Positions 49,545-60,365 of a stretch of 64,000 nucleotides of DNA are shown in pieces (positions within the stretch are counted from its first letter, which is position 1; every line of letters begins with the position of its first letter). Source of the DNA: Takakia lepidozioides (lineage: Eukaryota > Plantae > Bryophyta); assembly GCA_030704615.1 (NCBI GenBank), contig CM060731.1, positions 75,578,001 through 75,642,000 on the forward strand. The letters run 5' to 3'. Made by a program: the position numbers and the translations under genes. The notes under the pieces are model-generated. The model had not been told where the DNA came from and made no database searches. It saw only the letters and a list, made by a program, of their open reading frames with translations.

Positions 49545-50270
49545 TCACTCGTAAACCGGGGGCTCCTCGACCTCAATCCCAACTTGTTCCTCCCCCTGCT
49601 CCTTCTCGGATTTTTCCTCATCCTCCAAGGGTGCCTCTTCCTCTTTGGGCAGATGTTCAGCCGCTGCAAGTTCCGAGTTGTGGAGGGCAGTATCTGGCTC
49701 GAAGGCGAACACATGCCTGTCGGACAACGTCCCTGCCCACATTGAAGCACCTGAGGAACAACGCAGGCGGTTAATAGCTTGGGGCATGCAATTGCAATCG
49801 GGCCAGGGGACAAACTGAGCACGTGAAGGCTTACCCGTGCCACATCTGAGGTCAAGAATCCGCCCTTGGACATCCGAGCACGTCTCCATGAGGGTTTGGA
49901 TGAAAGCAGGGCTTCGGATCCGGCTGTACCGCCACGGTTTGCCTATCTTTGTGTCCTTCGGCATACTGGAGTGGGGCACATAGTTGTAGAGGACATCGTA
50001 GGTAACAGGGTCTACAGCGGCATCAACAAGACGACCGTCGTTGAGGAATTTGAACGTAAACCCTTTCTTCACAAAGCAATATGCCTCAAACACCAATGTC
50101 TGCACATCCAACAAAAGAGGGATCAACTCCGGGATCTAGTTTAGATACACCACAATATGAGGTGAATGCAATAGATTGATAACTTACACTTTGGCCCTCT
50201 GTTCGCAACCCCTGTGTATTGATGCAGAACCATTTTCTGAGGAGGACCGGGGTGACACTTTTCGGTGTCC
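49545..50270 (-). pseudogene. Spliced amino-(N4C/N6A) DNA methyltransferase-like gene fragment (SAM-binding C-terminal half)
   Basis: GT-AG introns at 50187-50100 and 49834-49751. The spliced product reads GKPWRYSRIRSPAFIQTLMETCSDVQGRILDLRCGTGASMWAGTLSDRHVFAFEPD. Confidence 0.65.
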
Positions 50271-50279
50271 ATCGCGCAT

Positions 50280-51380
50280 TCCATTCGGAGCGCGTCCGGA
50301 TGGAAATCCGGCGCCGAATTTCCATCCTGCAGGTAATTCGGAGCGCGGCCGGATGGAAAAACGGCGCCCAATTTTCATCCTGCAGGTAATTCGGAGCGCG
50401 GCCGGATGGAAATCCGGCGCCGAATTTCCATCCGCCAGGTAAGTCGAAGCGCGGAATTACCATCCTGCAGGTAATTCTGAGCGAGGCCCCTTGTTTTTTT
50501 GGTCTTAAAAGACAAAACCTTATGTTTTAGACACGGTTTTCAGGGAATTCTCGACTGGTTGAGAGAAATTCCTTGCTTCTTTTCCATCCCTCGTAGTTCC
50601 TAAATGGAAATTCGTTGCCGAAATTCCATCTGGCCGCGATTGCGATTGAAATTCGGCGCCGGTTTTCCATCCCCTCCGCCCAAGTCGACTTTATTCCGGT
50701 GCCCCCTGTTGGATATTCGGTGCCGAATTTCCGTCCGGGGGTTGTATTGTGACGGCCAGGTGCCGGCCTCTCCCCCCGAGCCGACTACAGCCGAACGGCC
50801 CCGGATGTAAATTCGGCGCCGTTTTTCCATCCGGGGAGGTTTTTATGTCGGCCACTTTTCGGCCTGACCCCCCGACACGACTTCTTTTGGGGGGGCCCGG
50901 AGCGAAATTCGGCGCCGAATTTCCATCCGGGGGATGTTCTCTGTCGGACAGGTGCCGGCCTCTCCGCCCGAGGCGACTTCATCCGGGCGGCCCCTGTTGG
51001 ATATTCGGTGCCGAATTCCCGTCTGGGGGTTGTAATGTGACGGCCATGTGCCGGCCTCTCCCCTCGAGCCGGCTGCATCCGAACGGCCCCGGATGTAAAT
51101 TCGGCGCCGTTTTTCCATCCGGGGAGGTTTCTATGTCGGCTACTTTTCGGCCTGACCCCCCAACACGACTTCCTTTGGGGGGGCCTGGATGGAAGTTCTG
51201 CGCTGAATTTCCATCCGGGGGATGTTCTCTGTCAGACAGGTGCCGGCCTCTCCACCCTAGTCGACTTCATCCGGGCGGCCCCTGTTGGATATTCGGTGCC
51301 GAATTTCCATCCGGGGGTTGTAATGTGACGGCCCGGTGCCGGCTTCTCCCCTTCAGCCGACATCATCCGGGCGGCCCCCC
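50280..51380. repeat. Array of palindromic GGATGGAAATTCGGCGCCGAATTTCCATCC-like units
   Basis: Units at ~53-bp spacing (50298, 50351, 50404), then ~96-bp spacing with a ~288-bp higher-order period (50711, 50999, 51287). Confidence 0.85.
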
Positions 51381-51613
51381 ACTTTCTGACTGCATATCGT
51401 TGGCAGTTATTGCGCAAAGACCAGGGGCGGCATTCCGGAGACAATGTTCATTAACACTCTGACTGTGGATTTTTGAGATAGTTGGCTCCCTGGATTTGGA
51501 TCAGGCTTCGTCGCTCGGACAAATCGGCACCGCATTCCTTCCCATCGGTGCATCCCCCTTCTACCAGGGAGCTTGCCCGCACGCCATCCTGGCAGTCTTG
51601 TGTGCACATCTCC

Positions 51614-53186
51614 CATGGCGGAAAACCCGAGCGCTACAGTGTACTGCCCTCCTCACGAGCATAGAGCTTCATTTCCGTGCAGAGGGGACATCTGCCGTGT
51701 GATGGAGAAATATCTGTGCGTTCGATACCACCTGAAACCGGGGTCGGTTTTTTTGGAGGAGGAAAGGAAGGACTCAAACGGCGTTGTTGTCGAGAGTATT
51801 GTTGTGCTCCACGATGATTTCGGCGATGGCAGGGAATGGCGAGTTCCACAATCGGACAGCGTCATATACAGGGCGGTTGGGGACTTCATTTGCCCACCAA
51901 ATGCACCTTTTATCCTGGCGCCTTCCACGAAACAATCCGCGAATCAGAGAGTGGGTACCTCAAAGAGAGAAGTCCGCAACGAAGTAAATCCAGAGCCCAA
52001 CCCATCAATGAAGACGAGTGAGAACCGGGTTGTTCACAACCTGTCCGACTCTTACGAGGTCATGGAAGTTCCGAGATCGTCCTGGAGATCAGGCAAGTCC
52101 TCAATGGATGTCAGTGGATGAGGGAGTCATATTCCCAGCACCAGCACCGCAGTTCGATCCATTCTTGAAATTCTGCGAGGGCTTCACATGGATGGACACC
52201 GCTCGGAGCTGGCCGGGCTGGACTACAGCAAGTTCGCAATTAAATCGGTTACAAGCCTTCCCGCAGACGTCGATGGTAATATCTTCTTTGAGTTCCCTCC
52301 TCGGACGGACTACTCGAGGGCGTCCGGAATGTTGATAGATATGGATAGAAAACATGACGGTCATCCTTGGTGCGTCACCAAAACCACCAGCATGAAGATG
52401 CTCGATGGTGTGCGGGTGTGCTACGTTGTTTGTGCGGGCGCGTTGCGGTGTTTCTCCCCAACTTGCTTCCATTTTAAATCCAGAGGTCACAGGAACGAGA
52501 CGGATTGGACAGGCACAGCTCATCAACCATTTCGAGCTCAGGAGAAGGTTTTGAACTCCACATTTAAGTGTGCGCATTGCAAAGAACCACCACACTGCAT
52601 GTCTGTTTGTAATGCCAAGCAGTTCTATGTGTTGCACTGTTTCCCTGACCTCACCCGAACTTGCATACACGTTGGTTCCCAGTGTCACAAATTGGCGAGG
52701 GGGAACTCGCGGGAGGCTGCCCACGAGGCAAAGCAGCTCGTTCAGGAGGAGGTTAAGTTGAGACCGGGTGCCAAACCCAAACAGATACAGCTCCAAGCCG
52801 CCCATAAGATGGCATTGGCCAGAATTATGTCGGAAGACGGCTCTAATAGAGTTCCTCTCGATGACAAGGAAATGGAGGCATTGCTGGAGTCGGTGTCCCA
52901 CGTCTGTTCACCGAATGTCCGAAACCACATTGTCTCATGCAAACAGAAAATTGGGCGTGGCTCGGATATGCACTCCATTCTGAAGGTGAAGCGACGATGT
53001 GGATATGACTACATTCATGGAAGTAGGTTTCCAGGACAAGGGACTGAGGCAGATCGTTGTTTCGTATTCAAAATGTCCACGTGTGGGCCTGGCAGCGGTG
53101 TCGAACTGGTTGACAGGATGACGAGTGGGGACTTGTCAAACAGTTGGGTCATGTTCGACCATATCAAGCGAATTACAAATCACTAG
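51614..53186 (+). pseudogene. MULE transposase N-terminal part (WRKY-GCM1-like Zn domain), truncated after the first catalytic Asp region
   Basis: HDGHPW...CAGALRCFSPTC...CAHC...C...C...HVGSQCH, then FVFKMS...WVMFDHIKR. It lies inside the TIRs. Confidence 0.65.
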
Positions 53187-53652
53187 TGGGTGACATGGCC
53201 CAGAACTGCCCAACATCTGTGCAATCCCCGGCACCATGTACCAAAATTCGGCGCCACATTTCCAAATTTTGGGCTTACACACCTGTCCTAAGGGGACCTA
53301 TAGCCGCGGAATTCGGCACCATTTTTCGCCAGAGAGACCTATTACCGCGAAATACGTCGCGGTTCTTTCCGGTTACGGACCCCATTACCGCGAAATTCGG
53401 CGCCATTTTTGCACATGTCGCTGGGAATTGGCATGAGCGGAAGACGAAATATCATGAGCACAACTCTCAAAACTACAATTTTCCCTTCAAGGTGCCGAAT
53501 AATATATTAGTTTTTTCTGACACATTTGCATTAAATTAATGTTTTTAATGTTTTTTATTTTTGAAATTTGTACTTCTGCTCATGAAAACCGATTGTCTTG
53601 CTACTCCGCTCATGCCGCTCATGCTCATGAAATAGCTAACCTCGATGAAGAG

Positions 53653-54854
53653 ATTGTCGTATAGATAGCACCTGAAGTGTGCCACGGCCCCACTGCAGCT
53701 AAGCATTCTCCCTCATATGAGCTATACTTAGACTCTGCAGCGTTGTTCGAGAGGCTAGCATAAGCCACTACGAACTCTCTTCCCTCATCATCCACCTGTG
53801 TGAGCACCGCTCCAAGCCCCAGCATGCTCCAATCTGTATGCAGCTGAAAAGGACGCCCTCTGATAGGTCGTCTCAAGATGGGCGCCGAGGTCAACCTTGC
53901 CTTGAGCTCTTGAAAAGCTTGTTCTTGCTCATCTTCCCATTGCCACTCCTGGTCCACCTTGGTCAGTTTGGTTAGAGCCTTTGCAATGGCACTAAATCCC
54001 TTAACAAACCGTCTATAATAGTTTGCTAACCCCATGAAAGCTCGAACTCGGCTCACATCCATGGGGCGTGGAATCTGTGCAATGGACTCTACCTTAGTCT
54101 GCTGTACCCCCAATCTTCCAGGATATATCATGTGACCCAGATACTCAATTTGGTTGTGGAAAAACTTGCACTTCCCCGGATGTAACTTCAATCCGTGCGC
54201 CCTCAAGCGCTCAAATATCACCTGAAGGTGTCTCTCATGCTCCTCCACCGTAGCACTAAAGATGATGATGTCATCTATGTAGCACCGAGCAAACTCCACC
54301 CCTGCTAGAATCCTGTCCATGACTCTCTGAAACTCTACCGGAGCGTTCTTAAGCCCAAATGGTAAGAACCGCCACTGGTATAGGCAATCCTTCCCGTGCT
54401 CATTGATCCCCCAGAATGCCGTCTTCTGCTTATCCGCCTCCTTGATCGGCAACTGGTGATATCCGGATCGTAAATCCAAAGTGCTAAAGACGTTGGCATT
54501 ACCAATGGCATCAAAGATCTCCTCTGGTGTCGGCATGGCATACCTATCGGACTTGGTCTGACGATTTACAGGCCGGTAATCACCGCACATACGTCTCTCC
54601 GTCCAATTGCCATAGACATCATTCTTGGCTGGCATCACTGTGGCTGAAGCATACTCTCCCCCAGATAGCTCCACCAAACCAGCCTCCCAAAGGTCCTGAG
54701 TTCTCATCTGAATCAAGGACCTCTCCATGTCACTATATCTATAGGGTCTCCAAAAGATTGGCGTGTCAGTGGCCAATTCAATGCGAATCTCTTGACTCTT
54801 CAGTGCTCCTAAGTCCTTCAAACTGAAGGCAAAGCAGTTCCTGTAAGCCCTCAA
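53653..54854 (-). pseudogene. Reverse transcriptase and RNase H of the methyltransferase-bearing Gypsy
   Basis: MCGDYRPVN, LDLRSGYHQ, LPFGLKNAP, YIDDI, LHTDWS and YSSYEGE. Confidence 0.95.
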
Positions 54855-55309
54855 GAACCGCCGTATACATCGTCTTTCTCCTCCGGTGACTATAGGTCCA
54901 ACATCAGGCTCCCAGTTGTCCTCCGTGACTGCAACCTTGAGTCCAGCAGGCTTAGAGGTAGAAGACGCATCCCGTGGTTGCTATGCTGCAACCTCTTGAG
55001 TAGTGATCACTGCCTCCTCTGTCAGTGACAATGTCTCATCCTGCCCCATCATCCCATCCTTGAGGACCTCCTCAACCCGAGAAAAATCCCCAACCTCATC
55101 CATCACGGCCGCCTTGGCTGCCAACTCCTTTTGAACCTCGAGCACCTCCCACGTGTGCCATGGATGCGGCCTGCACCTCATGGTCCTCACCTGTTCGCCC
55201 CCACTCACTGCCTGTACCGTCTCGGTAGGCAGGGAGACCATCAAGGGAAGTGTACTCCGTACTCTGCGCTGCTCAGCCATAGCCAAGCTGATAATCCAAG
55301 TCAAGCAAT

Positions 55310-56225
55310 TGAGATCCATTGCTTTCCCCAACACCTGACGACGTGATGCCTCAGAAAGAGATGGCACCACCATGATACCAGTGGTGAAACCCATTGCCCG
55401 CTCGCACTCGTCAGCATTGGGCTCCACTAACTGCTGCAACTGGCTATCCCACAAGAGGCCAGGTCCACCATCCCGGAAAGCATGAGATCCTGGAAAGCTG
55501 AGCAGTGTAGGCAATGCTGCTCGTTGGTGACCCACCTTATTGACCACTGCCAAAGGTGATCGGTCATCGTGTCTCACACGCTGAGACTGCCTCCCTATGT
55601 CCAAAATGCTATCCACCATCAGGTTTGGTGGCCGCTGCACTCCATCAAATGCACGCTTGAGCAATGCAGGTGGTATCAAGTTGGTCCACCATAGTCATGG
55701 GCGATGAGTCCGTGACCCCACTGCAGCTGCATCCAGCAACACTGCTGACCCAAGCCAAGACCGCACTTGATGTACACTGGCCATCACCTTGGCCCAAGAA
55801 TCACCCATCAATGGCACATTCTCCAAGATATATGCCGGAGAGTCTGTCTGCTGAAGCTGTAAATAGCGCATGACCCTCAACATCTCCCAAAATAGGCGTG
55901 ATCTTGAGTCTTGTAACCCATTGCCATACCCAGCTGATGAAAGCCCTTGGCAGGGCCAACCTGCCACTACTAAGTGAATAGGGCCAACCCGCTCCAAATC
56001 ATGTGCCCCAAGCAAGGAGATGTGTGCTGGCAAGGCTTGTTGGTATCCACGAACTGCAGACACTCGCAACAAATCAGGGTATTGCTGCACCAACTGAGCA
56101 ACATGGCGCAGTCGTGCAGTCTCATCCCTCTCCACATATAGGTAACGTCAAACTCGTACATCTGCCTGCAGCACTGCAGCCAATCCAGTGTTAATCCCGC
56201 CAAACAAGTCCAAAAGGCATATGCC
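55310..56225 (-). pseudogene. DNMT3-like DNA (cytosine-5)-methyltransferase domain within the polyprotein
   Basis: Motif I LLDLFGGINTGL, II YVERD, IV VAGWPCQGLS, VI ILENV, VIII HRP*LWWTN, IX-X ERAMGF...RRQVLGKAMD. Two in-frame TGA stops. Confidence 0.9.
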
Positions 56226-56603
56226 TTCATCCGGGCACTGCCACACAAGAGGTGTGGTGTCCAATGGCGACAACTGAGGTGGTCCTGGTGCAATCACCGC
56301 ACTCTCCTCCTCTCCTGACGGTACAAAGGCCTCTACCTAGGCTTGTTGCACCCGTCTATCAGCAGTTTGCTGCAAATCCTTGCTCGTACCCCACAATGGA
56401 GTGTGAGCAACCATGACAGACAACTCCACCGTACCATGCATGTCATCCTGCTCTGCTGGAGGTGGCACATCCGCTGCATGGGCATTGCCCTCCAACAACT
56501 CTTCAGGCCAATTAACTGCAGCTGTGAAGGCTGCTAGTGTTGGCATCTTGCCCCGTTGGGCAGTAGCAACACCCCCAATGAACGTCACAAGGAGCTATAC
56601 ACA

Positions 56604-59154
56604 TCAACCATCCCTTGACTGCCATCCAGGCCTGTAGGATACTGACTCCTCCCAAAAATCCAGGGTGAAGCCCATGAGATATAACACTGCCCCACCAACG
56701 AGGACATTGTAAGAGACCGCGTCTGTCACAATGGCCTTGGCTCGCATCACTGAGCCATCTATAGGATGATCCGGCTGTATTCTAATGGCCAATTCACGCC
56801 GTGTCATGCCCCGAGCCTGCTCTGATCCTCCCAGAGATGTTTGTATCTGGAAGGGACAAGGCTCCATATCCGCCTCTATGAGGCCCAAACCTGCAATAGC
56901 GGCTTTGCCCAACATCAGTGGCTGAGCTCCCGAGTCCAACAAGACCCGCAGTGGCCGGTACCTCTTGCCTGCCGGTCCATTCAAAGAGAAAATGTCATCC
57001 TGGTTGTCTAACAAAACAACTCCAGGTGTCACCATGGCGCGCTCAAAGGCTGGCCTAGCTGGCAGTTCCGTCAACTTGACAGCTGCAGCTTGCCATGGCG
57101 CAGCCGTGGCAGTCTTCACCCTCAAATCCGAAGATCCCTCTGCCACTACACCTTCCACTAACTCCACAGAAGATGAAGTAACCTCCCCACTCTCACAGAG
57201 TGTTGCTGCTAGTCTGAACACTGCAGCTGGTCTTACCCCCGGCGTCGCAATCATGGTTGCCGAGAACAGTGGGGCCTGACACACAGAGGTGGCCGCCCCC
57301 AACAACACACTGGCTGCACTAGCCTTGGCAGCAGGTGTCAATGCTGCACGTGTAGCTCTTCCCAATGGCACAATAACCTCCGCCTCGGTATCCGTGGGGC
57401 AAGAATTAGGTGCCATGGATGTCGTCGACACTATCTCCGCCAAGATGAATGATTGAGGCAACTTAGCATGACGGCTTGCCTCCCCACGTTGTGAATCCAA
57501 CTCCACATCTGCACCTCGTGGCTCAAGAACTCGTGCTGCTCCTCGGGTGACGGCTGCAGCAGACTCCACCTGCACTAGTGGTAGTGCTGCCCCACACATA
57601 AATCCCATGCCTCCCATGTCTCCTTCGTTAGGATGATGTTGCTGAGGAAGAACAGGAGGTGGACCCTCAGGTCTTGGAGCTGGTACCACCTGAGCTGTGG
57701 CCATGGCAGCGAGCCTTTGCTCTAGCTACTGAAGCCGGTTGGCCATACCTTGGTCAACGCCCTGACCTCCACGTCCTTGGCCATACTGTGCTTGCCCTCG
57801 TCTTGCACCTCGTGCCTGAGCACCTCGTCCTCTCTGAGGTGCTCCACCTCGCCCTCGGCCACCATTGTTCCCTTGGAACTGGCCTCGCCGCAACTCAGGG
57901 TGCAAGTCATAACAGTGGGCATCTCCATGCCCATACTTGCCACATTGCCCACACTGCAACTGTGCAGGCTGTGCTTGTGCCGGCCCTTTGCCACTTTCTG
58001 GGCAATCTTTTTTGACATGGGGTCCTCTACATGTCCAACATACCACCCCTGGTTGCTGTTGGCCTACAAAAGAAGCTACTGGCCTCTGCACTTGAGGTCC
58101 CTTGTAAGCTCCATGGAATTTGGGTTGGGCAACCTTGCCCCCCTAACCACGCTGTTGGGCAGTCCCTTGTACCTCTTGGATGGCAGCTGCTCCTCGTGCA
58201 GGCATGTCTTTGCCAAATCCAATGGTAACAACTCGCTCCTCCACCATGTTGAGCTCAATCCGCTCAGCCAGCAGAAACACATCCGCTAATGTGGGTTGGG
58301 CCGCTTGTAACAAGGTTGCATCCCACACCCTTCTCCTGAGCTCTTTGTCCAAAATTCCATACCAGAACTGGACTGCCTGAGCTTCAGTAACCCCTTGGGT
58401 CACACTTATCAAGCGCCTCATACAAGTGTAGGCCTCTCGCAAGCTCTCACTGGATTTGCGCTGGAAGTCTTGCAAACTTCACAGCTTCTCTGTCTATACA
58501 CCTTGGTAGTTCCTCCGCAACTCCTGGAAGAACTCCACCACCGGGTTGAATCTAGGCACATGAGTTGTAGTCGTGGCAGGAGGAGTAGTAGCACCTTTTG
58601 AACTGGTACCACCTGCAGAAGTACCGGCACTACTTGTTCCACTACTAGTGCTTGTAGTTGGAGATGTTTGTGTAACTGCTGGTGTCACCGCTGCCCTTGT
58701 GCCGAGACATAGTTAGGTGACCAATACTCTCGGCACTCCTCAATCTCCACCGCATGTCCCCGCCTAAATTCATGGTATCATCCATGGGCGGCCCCTCAAG
58801 GTGCTGGAATAGCCCCTTCCATGCCATAAAGGGCGTAAACAGTTGTGGATTGCGCATTTGCTGCAAATCACACCAACTGTCAAACTCTTGTATAAAGTCA
58901 TCAAGCTTGATGGTGCCCACAGCTCCAGAGTACCTACGTGGCCCTTTGGTAACTCCATACATCTCCTCCATCGTGTCCCACAACAATGGCACGAAAATGA
59001 CTTGCACCCTCGGCGAGAATCCTCCTGACTCCAAGTCTGAACCTTCCTCAGAAGACACTGAAGGTGAAAGTGGCCTAAACCGCACACCTCGTCTTGTGTA
59101 CCCACTAGTATCGCTGGTGCTCGTATTGGCACTCCCTTCAGCAGCTGGTGGCAC
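56604..59154 (-). pseudogene. gag and aspartic protease of the methyltransferase-bearing Gypsy
   Basis: YSGAVGTIKLDDFIQEFDSW, two CCHC knuckles and VLLDSGAQP...VLVGG. Confidence 0.85.
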
Positions 59155-60120
59155 CTCCGTGATGAAAACTCACAACCACACCTGTTGTAAACCTGTCTCT
59201 AATCCCCCTTTCCACAAGGTAACCGGGTAGAGAACCTGTTGCAGCTTATGGCTTAGACTACTAGGTTCGTAACATAAACCTGCACCTGCATCCACTGCAA
59301 GCACTCATATGGTTTGCTAGTCATCAATCCAGCCTCACCATAAGAGAAACAATGATGGTCTGACTGGTCATCACCCCAGCCTCACCACCGACAGCATGCT
59401 CTATGATTGGCTGGTGATCAAATCTGGACCGACCTCCTATGAAAACAAGCGCCCACACAAAACTGACATGACGCACAGTCAAGCATGCAGGTGTGGGGGG
59501 GATCCAAATACAAGAAAATCAAGACAGTAACTCCCCCACACAAAAAAAAAACACTCCACAATGTTGCTCCTGCAAGGACACCCCAGCCCAAACCCGGACT
59601 GACTCTTGCCTCCACCTACGGAAAGGTTTTGGCCTACATAGAGGGTGGAAGACTACGGGGAAGAGAGAGTAAAGCAATTCCTAATCCCAGAATGCTCTCA
59701 TCCCACTAGTCTCCCCCTATCTCTAAACGCTCTTGCTCATGACCAATAGACATAACTACCTTCCAGGGTCTCTCAAATAACTCTCCAAGAGCCCTCAAGA
59801 TGTCTCTCAAACAATCTCACTAAGGCCCCCAAAGCCTGCCAAATCTTGGCCCTCAAGGACCCCAAAAAGTCCTTCAGACAAGTTGCCAAAGACTCCTTAA
59901 GCTCGCCAGATAAAAGCCTCCAAGGACCTCAAAATAGTCCTCCGAATAGCCCTCCAAAGCTCCAAATGTTTGCCAAATATTGGTCTTCAAGGACCCCCAA
60001 TAGTCCTCCAAACAGTCTTCCAAACACCCCTTCAAGAGCTCTTCAAGTGTCTTACAAAACCTCCTCAAAGGACCCCCCAAAGATCCTCCAAAGGCAATAC
60101 TCCTCCAGATACACCCTAGA

Positions 60121-60365
60121 TGTCATACACTTTTAATGGAAACGTATGGTAGGCAAAGTCTCTCCACTTGTATCCATACAGTTCTCTCAAAAGGGTATGG
60201 TAGGGCAGATGGAGCCCATACTCTGTTCAGAAAAACGTATGTTGGGCATAGGGGGCCATACTCTGTTCACAAAAGTGTATGTTGGGCAGAGGGGTTCCAT
60301 ACACTTTTCACAAAAGTGTATGATGGGCAGAGGGTGCCCATACACAGTTTCTTGAAGAGTATGGA
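60121..60365. repeat. ~41-bp tandem repeat (about 6 units, each CATAC...GTATG), possibly inside the 5' LTR of the methyltransferase Gypsy
   Basis: CATACACTTTTCACAAAAGTGTATGATGGGCAGAGGG-like units. The array starts at TGTCAT (60121), like an LTR terminus. Confidence 0.6.

Larger units (their letters stand above)
48748..53643 (+). mobile_element. Mutator-like element (MULE), internally deleted
   Basis: TIRs with GCTATTTCATGAG...CATGAGCGG. 9-bp TSD GGTGAAGAG (48739-48747) / GATGAAGAG (53644-53652). Removing the element restores CYLYDNLFTLVTDHQ. Confidence 0.9.
47281..59154 (-). mobile_element. Ty3/Gypsy retrotransposon encoding gag-PR-DNA methyltransferase-RT-RH-INT, interrupted by a MULE and 3' truncated
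   Basis: Zn knuckles CWTCRGPHVKKDC and CGQCGKYGHGDAHC; LLDSGA protease; C5-MTase motifs; RT RRMCGDYR, LDLRSGY, YIDD; RH TDWS; INT H-H-C-C and SLDFAG / LTDQG / AERVV. Confidence 0.93.

Noticed and set aside
50280-51380. CRISPR-like palindromic repeats with spacers
   Set aside because: The spacers are themselves repeated with a ~288-bp period, there are no cas genes, and the context is a eukaryotic transposon.
60124-60365. CRISPR-like 41-bp array
   Set aside because: The units are contiguous tandem repeats with no unique spacers.
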